The notes below the pieces were generated by a model. That model had not been told where the DNA came from and searched no databases. It saw only the letters and a program-made list of their open reading frames with translations. Positions 1 to 4,219 of a stretch of 4,219 nucleotides of DNA are shown here, piece by piece (within the stretch, counting starts at the first letter, position 1; the number at the start of each line of letters is the position of its first letter). The translations under genes and the position numbers were made by a program. The DNA is from Escherichia phage Qbeta. The DNA is taken from sequence record FJ483844.1; one strand, written 5' to 3'.

Positions 1-61
1 GGGGGACCCCCCTTAGGGGGTCTCCTCACACAGCAGTATTTCACTGAGTATAAGAGGACAT
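1..61 (+). other. 5-prime untranslated leader with G/C-rich terminal hairpin
   Basis: Seen in sequence: window begins GGGGGACCCCCCTTAGGGGG. C8-C12 can pair with G16-G20 around a TTA loop; G1-G5 with the C run is an alternative pairing. A 5-prime GGG start is characteristic of Qbeta-type genomes that Qbeta replicase copies. No ORF before position 62. Confidence 0.85.
52..58 (+). promoter_or_regulatory. Shine-Dalgarno-like ribosome binding site for the A2 cistron
   Basis: Seen in sequence: AAGAGGA at 52-58, with the GAGG core ending 4 nt before the ATG at 62-64. Confidence 0.65.
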
Positions 62-1324
62 ATGCCTAAATTACCGCGTGGTCTGCGTTTCGGAGCCGAT
101 AATGAAATTCTTAATGATTTTCAGGAGCTCTGGTTTCCAGATCTCTTTATCGAATCTTCCGACACGCACCCGTGGTACACACTGAAAGGTCGTGTGTTGA
201 ACGCTCATTTAGATGATCGTCTACCTAATGTAGGCGGTCGTCAAATAAGGCGTACTCCGCACCGTGCTACCGTCCCGATTGCCTCTTCAGGCCTTCGTCC
301 GGTAACAACCGTTCAGTATGATCCTACAGCACTGTCGTTCTTATTGAACGCCCGTGTTGATTGGGATTTCGGTGATGGTGATAGTGCGGACCTTGTCATT
401 AATGACTTTTTGTTCCGCACTTTCGCACCTAAGGAGTTCGATTTCTCGAACTCCTTGGCTCCTCGCTATACCCAGGCCTTCTCCGCTTTTAATGCCAAGT
501 ATGGCACTATGATCGGCGAAGGGCTCGAGACTATAAAATATCTCGGGCTTTTACTGCGCAGACTGCGTGAGGGTTTCCGTGCTGTTAAGCACGGCGATTT
601 ACGCGCTCTTCGTAGGGTTATCCAGTCTTACCACAAGGGTAAATGGAAACCGACTACTGCTGGTAATCTCTGGCTTGAATTTCGTTATGGCCTTATGCCC
701 CTCTTCTATGACATCAGAGATGTCATGTTAGATTGGCAGAATCGTCACGATAAGATTCAACGCCTCCTTCGGTTTTCTGTCGGTCATGGCGAGGATTATG
801 TTGTCGAATTTGACAACTTATATCCCGCCGTAGCTTACTTTAAACTGAAAGGTGAGATTACTCTCGAACGCCGTCATCGTCATGGTATATCTTACGCTAA
901 TCGCGAAGGATATGCTGTTTTCGATAACGGTTCCCTTCGGCCTGTGTCCGATTGGAAGGAGCTTGCCACCGCGTTCATCAATCCTCAAGAAGTTGCCTGG
1001 GAGTTAACTCCCTACAGCTTTGTTGTTGATTGGTTTTTGAACGTCGGTGACATACTCGCTCAACAAGGTCAACTATATCATAATATCGATATTGTAGACG
1101 GCTTCGACAGACGTGACATACGGTTCAAATCGTTTACCATAAAAGGTGAGCGAAATGGACAGCCTGTTAACGTTTCTGCGGACCTGTCTGCTGTTGATAC
1201 ATTTTATAGTCGACTCCATACGAGCAGTATTCCGTTCGCTACACTAGATCTCGATACTACCTTTAGTTCGTTTAAACACGTTCTCGATAGTATCTTTTTA
1301 TTAACCCAACGCATTAAGCGCTGA
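62..1324 (+). CDS. A2: Maturation protein A2 (420 aa); in Qbeta-type phages also the lysis effector that inhibits MurA
   Basis: ORF track 62..1324, ATG start, TGA stop at 1322-1324. N-terminus MPKLPRGLRFGADNEILNDFQELWFPD and overall length match what I recall of the Qbeta A2 protein; first cistron after the 5-prime leader, as in all ssRNA coliphages. The lysis function is established knowledge for Qbeta A2, not shown by the sequence. Confidence 0.95.
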   Translation: MPKLPRGLRFGADNEILNDFQELWFPDLFIESSDTHPWYTLKGRVLNAHLDDRLPNVGGRQIRRTPHRATVPIASSGLRPVTTVQYDPTALSFLLNARVDWDFGDGDSADLVINDFLFRTFAPKEFDFSNSLAPRYTQAFSAFNAKYGTMIGEGLETIKYLGLLLRRLREGFRAVKHGDLRALRRVIQSYHKGKWKPTTAGNLWLEFRYGLMPLFYDIRDVMLDWQNRHDKIQRLLRFSVGHGEDYVVEFDNLYPAVAYFKLKGEITLERRHRHGISYANREGYAVFDNGSLRPVSDWKELATAFINPQEVAWELTPYSFVVDWFLNVGDILAQQGQLYHNIDIVDGFDRRDIRFKSFTIKGERNGQPVNVSADLSAVDTFYSRLHTSSIPFATLDLDTTFSSFKHVLDSIFLLTQRIKR

Positions 1325-1345
1325 AATCTTTGGGTCAATTTGATC

Positions 1346-1747
1346 ATGGCAAAATTAGAGACTGTTACTTTAAGTAACATTGGGAAAGATGGACAAAAAA
1401 CTCTGAACCTCAACCCACGTGGGGTAAATCCCACCAACGGTGTTGCCTCGCTTTCAGAAGCGGGTGCAGTTCCTGCATTGGAGAAGCGTGTTACCATTTC
1501 GGTATCTCAGCCTTCTCGTAATCGTAAGAACTACAAGGTTCAGGTTAAAATCCAAAACCCAACCGCTTGTTCTGCAAACGGTTCTTGTGACCCATCCGTT
1601 ACTCGCCAGGCATATGCTGACGTGACTTTTTCGTTCACGCAGTATAGTACCGATGAGGAACGAGCTTTTGTTCGTACAGAGCTTGCTGCTCTGCTCGCTG
1701 ATCCTCTGCTGATCGATGCTATCGATCAGCTGAACCCAGCGTATTGA
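1346..1747 (+). CDS. cp: Major coat (capsid) protein, 133 codons including the initiator Met
   Basis: ATG at 1346-1348 (the track starts 2 codons earlier at a TTG, 1340). Product MAKLETVTL...IDAIDQLNPAY ends at TGA 1745-1747. Sequence is near-identical to Qbeta coat as recalled, with a few substitutions. Second cistron, as expected. Confidence 0.95.
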   Translation: MAKLETVTLSNIGKDGQKTLNLNPRGVNPTNGVASLSEAGAVPALEKRVTISVSQPSRNRKNYKVQVKIQNPTACSANGSCDPSVTRQAYADVTFSFTQYSTDEERAFVRTELAALLADPLLIDAIDQLNPAY

Positions 1748-2335
1748 ACGTTGCTCATTGCCGGTGGTGGCTCAGGGGAAAACCCCGATCCGGTTGATCC
1801 GGATCCACCGATTGATCCGCCGCCAGGGTCAGGTAGCTATACCTGTCCTTTCGCAATTTGGTCATTAGAGGAGGTTTATGAGCCTCCTACCAGTGACCGA
1901 CCGTGGCCTATCTATTATGCTGTCGAACTCCAACCTCGTGATTTTGATGTTGCCCTTGATGATCTCTTGGGTAACACTAAATGGCGAGACTGGGATTCAC
2001 GGCTTAGTTATACCACGTTCCGCGGTTGCCGTGGCAATGGTTATATTGACCTTGATGCGACTTATCTTGCTACTGACCAAGCGATGCTTGATCAGAAGTA
2101 CGATATTCGCACGGGCAAGAAACCCGGTGCCTTCGGTAACATCGAACAATTCATCTATCTTAAGTCGATAAATGCCTATTGTTCTCTTAGCGATATTGCG
2201 GCCTATCACGCCGATGGTGTGATAGTTGGCTTTTGGCGCGATCCATCTAGTGGTGGTGCCATACCGTTTGACTTCACAGAGTTTGATAAGACTAAATGTC
2301 CAATTCAAGCTGTGATAGTCGTTCCTCGTGCTTAG
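1346..2335 (+). CDS. A1: A1 read-through minor capsid protein (coat plus C-terminal extension, 329 aa) made by suppression of the coat UGA
   Basis: Seen in sequence: the frame stays open from the coat UGA (1745-1747) for 195 further codons to a tandem stop TAG-TAA (2333-2338). The extension begins TLLIAGGGSGENPDPVDPDPPIDPPPG, matching the Qbeta A1 read-through domain as recalled. UGA read-through by tRNA-Trp in Qbeta is established knowledge. Confidence 0.9.
1745..1747 (+). promoter_or_regulatory. Leaky UGA stop codon of the coat gene (programmed read-through site)
   Basis: TGA at 1745-1747 followed by A (context UGA-A), then an in-frame 195-codon extension with no intervening start or ribosome binding site. 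Established mechanism in Qbeta; efficiency cannot be judged from sequence. Confidence 0.85.
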
Positions 2336-2340
2336 TAACT

Positions 2341-2345
2341 AAGGA
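2341..2345 (+). promoter_or_regulatory. Shine-Dalgarno sequence of the replicase cistron
   Basis: Seen in sequence: AAGGA at 2341-2345, 8 nt upstream of the replicase ATG at 2354. It overlaps the upstream in-frame ATG at 2345, which argues against 2345 as the true start. Confidence 0.7.
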
Positions 2346-2349
2346 TGAA

Positions 2350-2369
2350 ATGCATGTCTAAGACAGCAT
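2350..2369 (+). promoter_or_regulatory. Coat-protein translational operator hairpin enclosing the replicase start codon
   Basis: Seen in sequence: ATGCATGTCTAAGACAGCAT folds into an 8-bp stem (A2350-T2369, T2351-A2368, G2352-C2367, C2353-G2366, T2355-A2365, G2356-C2364, T2357-A2363, C2358-G2362) with bulged A2354 and a 3-nt loop TAA (2359-2361). The replicase AUG (2354-2356) lies within the stem. This matches the established Qbeta operator architecture (8-bp stem, bulged A, 3-nt loop). Confidence 0.8.
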
Positions 2370-4123
2370 CCTCGCGTAACTCTCTCAGCGCACAATTGCG
2401 CCGAGCCGCGAACACAAGAATTGAGGTCGAAGGTAACCTCGCACTTTCCATTGCCAACGATTTAATGTTGGCTTATGGTCAATCGCCATTTAATTCCGAG
2501 TCCGAGTGTATTTCACTCGGTCCGAAATTCGACGAAACCCCGGACAACTTTAGGATAAATTATCTTAAAGCCGAGATCATGTCGAAGTATGACGATTTCA
2601 GCCTAGGTATTGATACCGAAGCTGCTGCATGGGAGAAGTTCCTAGCAGCAGAGGCTGAATGTGCTTTAACGAACGCTCGTCTCTATAGGCCTAACTACAG
2701 TGAGGATTTCAATTTCTCACTGGGCGAGTCATGTATTCACATGGCTCGTAGAAAAATAGTTAAGCTAATAGGAGACGCGCCGTCCGTTGAGGGTATGCTG
2801 CGTCACTGCCGTTTTTCCGGTGGTGCTACAACAACGAATAACCGTTCATACGGTCATCCGTCCTTCAAGTTTGCGCTTCCACAAGCGTGTACGCCTCGGG
2901 CTTTGAAGTATGTTCTGGCTCTTAGAGCCTCTACGCACTTCGATATCAGAGTTTCTGATATTAGCCCTTTTAATAAAGCAGTTACTGTACCAAAGAACAG
3001 TAAAACCGATCGCTGTATCGCTATCGAACCCGGTTGGAATATGTTTTTTCAACTAGGTATCGGTGGCATCTTACGCGACCGGCTGCGTTGCTGGGGTATC
3101 GATCTGAATGATCAGACGATAAACCAGCGTCGCGCTCACGAAGGCTCTGTTACTAATAACTTAGCAACAGTTGATCTCTCAGCGGCAAGCGATTCTATAT
3201 CTCTTGCTCTCTGCGAGCTCTTGTTGCCTCCAGGGTGGTTTGAAGTCCTTATGGACCTTCGATCACCTAAGGGGCGATTGCCTAACGGTAGTGTCGTTAC
3301 TTATGAGAAGATTTCTTCCATGGGTAACGGTTACACATTCGAACTCGAGTCGCTTATTTTTGCTTCTCTTGCTCGTTCCGTTTGTGAGATACTGGACTTA
3401 GACTCATCTGAGGTCACTGTCTACGGAGACGACATTATTTTGCCGTCCTGTGCAGTCCCTGCTCTTCAGGAAGTCTTCAAGTATGTTGGTTTTACTACCA
3501 ATACTAAAAAGACCTTTTCCGAAGGGCCGTTCAGAGAGTCGTGCGGTAAGCACTACTATTCTGGCGTAGATGTTACTCCCTTTTACATACGCCGCCGCAT
3601 AGTGAGTCCTGCCGATTTAATATTGGTTTTGAATAACCTATATCGGTGGGCCACGATTGACGGCGTATGGGATCCTAGGGCCCATTCCGTGTACCTCAAG
3701 TATCGTAAGTTGCTGCCTAAACAGCTGCAGCGTAATACTATACCTGATGGTTACGGTGATGGCGCCCTCGTCGGATCGGTCCTGATCAATCCATTCGCGA
3801 AAAACCGCGGGTGGATCCGGTATGTACCGGTGATCATTGACCACACAAGGGACCGAGAGCGCACTGAGCCGGGGTCATATCTCTATGATCTCTTCTCTCG
3901 CTGTTTCTCGGAAAGTAACGATGGGTTGCCCCTAAGGGGTCCGTCGAGTTGCGATTCTATATATCGGTTTGCCGTTGACCAACTTATATGTAAGAGCAAT
4001 CCTACAAAAGTAAGCAGATCTACTGGGAAATTTGATATACAGTATATCGCGTGCAGTAGCCGTGTTCTGGCACCCTACGGGGTTTTCCAGGGCACGAAGG
4101 TTATGCCTCTACACGAGGCATAA
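2354..4123 (+). CDS. rep: RNA-dependent RNA polymerase, replicase beta subunit (589 aa)
   Basis: ATG at 2354 (track starts 3 codons earlier at ATG 2345), stop TAA at 4121-4123. N-terminus MSKTASSRNSLSAQLRRAANTRIEVEG matches Qbeta replicase as recalled. Canonical RdRp catalytic YGDD motif encoded at 3422-3433; motif-A-like VDLSAASD upstream. Third cistron as expected. Confidence 0.95.
   Translation: MSKTASSRNSLSAQLRRAANTRIEVEGNLALSIANDLMLAYGQSPFNSESECISLGPKFDETPDNFRINYLKAEIMSKYDDFSLGIDTEAAAWEKFLAAEAECALTNARLYRPNYSEDFNFSLGESCIHMARRKIVKLIGDAPSVEGMLRHCRFSGGATTTNNRSYGHPSFKFALPQACTPRALKYVLALRASTHFDIRVSDISPFNKAVTVPKNSKTDRCIAIEPGWNMFFQLGIGGILRDRLRCWGIDLNDQTINQRRAHEGSVTNNLATVDLSAASDSISLALCELLLPPGWFEVLMDLRSPKGRLPNGSVVTYEKISSMGNGYTFELESLIFASLARSVCEILDLDSSEVTVYGDDIILPSCAVPALQEVFKYVGFTTNTKKTFSEGPFRESCGKHYYSGVDVTPFYIRRRIVSPADLILVLNNLYRWATIDGVWDPRAHSVYLKYRKLLPKQLQRNTIPDGYGDGALVGSVLINPFAKNRGWIRYVPVIIDHTRDRERTEPGSYLYDLFSRCFSESNDGLPLRGPSSCDSIYRFAVDQLICKSNPTKVSRSTGKFDIQYIACSSRVLAPYGVFQGTKVMPLHEA
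2975..2981 (+). other. Internal partner site of a candidate long-range pseudoknot with the 3-prime-terminal hairpin loop
   Basis: Seen in sequence: AAAGCAG (2975-2981) is the exact reverse complement of CTGCTTT (4197-4203) in the loop of the 3-prime-terminal hairpin. A possible eighth pair is U2974-G4204 (G-U). Qbeta has a known long-range pseudoknot between its 3-prime hairpin loop and a site roughly 1.2 kb upstream that is needed for replication. Confidence 0.65.
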
Positions 4124-4131
4124 CCTGGGAG

Positions 4132-4148
4132 GGCGCCACTATGGCGCC
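4132..4148 (+). other. 3-prime UTR hairpin (GGCGCC stem, ACTAT loop)
   Basis: Seen in sequence: GGCGCC (4132-4137) and GGCGCC (4143-4148) are mutually complementary (palindromic 6-mer) around a 5-nt loop. Confidence 0.6.
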
Positions 4149-4149
4149 T

Positions 4150-4173
4150 AATTGTGAATAAATTATCACAATT
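4150..4173 (+). other. 3-prime UTR hairpin (8-bp AATTGTGA/TCACAATT stem, A/U-rich 8-nt loop)
   Basis: Seen in sequence: AATTGTGA (4150-4157) pairs with TCACAATT (4166-4173); loop ATAAATTA (4158-4165). Confidence 0.6.
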
Positions 4174-4185
4174 ACTCTTTAGAGT

Positions 4186-4213
4186 GAGAGAGGGATCTGC
4201 TTTGCCCTCTCTC
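4186..4213 (+). other. 3-prime-terminal hairpin (9-bp GAGAGAGGG/CCCTCTCTC stem, 10-nt loop), followed by single-stranded CTCCCA tail
   Basis: Seen in sequence: GAGAGAGGG (4186-4194) pairs perfectly with CCCTCTCTC (4205-4213); loop ATCTGCTTTG (4195-4204) contains the 7 nt complementary to 2975-2981. Confidence 0.7.
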
Positions 4214-4219
4214 CTCCCA

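Larger units (their letters stand above)
4124..4219 (+). other. 3-prime untranslated region ending in CCCA
   Basis: No ORF after the replicase stop. The window ends CTCCTCCCA; a CCCA 3-prime terminus, with a non-templated terminal A, is characteristic of Qbeta replicase templates. The complement would begin GGG, mirroring the plus-strand 5-prime end. Confidence 0.9.

Noticed and set aside
1340-1345. Upstream in-frame TTG start extending the coat ORF by two codons (MIMAKL)
   Set aside because: The ATG at 1346 yields the canonical coat N-terminus (M)AKLETV; TTG at 1340 is a track artefact of permissive start codons.
1204-1497. Minus-strand ORF of 97 aa spanning the A2/coat junction
   Set aside because: The genome is plus-sense ssRNA and the minus strand is a replication intermediate, not an mRNA. 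No ribosome binding context was checked, and the ORF is fully explained as a chance open frame opposite real genes.
1440-1625. Plus-strand alternate-frame ORF (61 aa) inside the coat gene
   Set aside because: Begins at a GTG rather than ATG, has no recognisable Shine-Dalgarno, and lies wholly inside the highly expressed coat cistron; most likely a chance open frame.
1997-2308. Minus-strand ORF of 103 aa opposite the A1 read-through domain
   Set aside because: Same reasoning: minus strand is not translated in Fiersviridae; chance ORF.
1751-2335. ORF-track entry that looks like an independent 194-aa gene
   Set aside because: It is in frame with, and directly continuous with, the coat gene across the UGA at 1745-1747, and starts at a TTG with no ribosome binding site. 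It is the A1 read-through domain, not a separate gene.
2345-2353. Upstream in-frame ATG extending the replicase ORF by three codons (MKCMSK)
   Set aside because: This ATG overlaps the AAGGA Shine-Dalgarno itself, so it has no upstream ribosome binding site. The ATG at 2354 sits in the operator hairpin at the canonical position and gives the known MSKTASS N-terminus.
1700-2400. Searched for an MS2-type lysis gene overlapping the coat/replicase junction
   Set aside because: No ATG-initiated small ORF with an appropriate ribosome binding site spans the junction. The region is occupied by the A1 read-through frame, consistent with Qbeta-type phages using A2 for lysis.
2846-3052. Minus-strand ORF of 68 aa opposite the replicase gene
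   Set aside because: Minus strand not translated; short; no supporting signals.
3171-3401. Plus-strand alternate-frame ORF (76 aa) inside the replicase gene
   Set aside because: Begins at TTG, has no ribosome binding site, and sits deep inside the replicase cistron; most likely chance.
3638-3844. Minus-strand ORF of 68 aa opposite the replicase gene
   Set aside because: Minus strand not translated; short; no supporting signals.
1-4219. CRISPR arrays, tRNA or rRNA genes, insertion sequences, integrases, promoters or terminators of a DNA replicon
   Set aside because: None seen, and none expected in a 4.2-kb plus-strand RNA phage genome. The only repeats are short stem-forming inverted repeats, listed as RNA structural elements.

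Overview
The window is a complete, plus-sense, full-length copy of a Qbeta-type ssRNA coliphage genome (Fiersviridae, genus Qubevirus, formerly Allolevivirus), written as DNA. It is not a fragment of a bacterial chromosome and I see no undescribed biological system in it. The layout is the canonical one: a 5-prime leader (1-61), maturation/lysis protein A2 (62-1324), coat protein (1346-1747), the A1 minor capsid protein made by read-through of the coat UGA (1346-2335), the replicase beta subunit (2354-4123) and a structured 3-prime UTR ending in CCCA (4124-4219). The translated proteins match what I recall of Qbeta A2, coat, A1 and replicase closely but not identically, so this is Qbeta itself or a close relative or variant; that needs an alignment I cannot run. 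Directly visible RNA elements include the coat-protein operator hairpin around the replicase AUG, three 3-prime UTR hairpins, and a 7-nt complementarity between the 3-prime-terminal hairpin loop and a site about 1.2 kb upstream, consistent with the known long-range replication pseudoknot. The only unexplained item is a +1-frame ORF (1878-2171) with a strong Shine-Dalgarno-like motif and a hydrophobic product, which I flag as speculative. All minus-strand ORFs in the track are rejected because the minus strand of this virus is not an mRNA.
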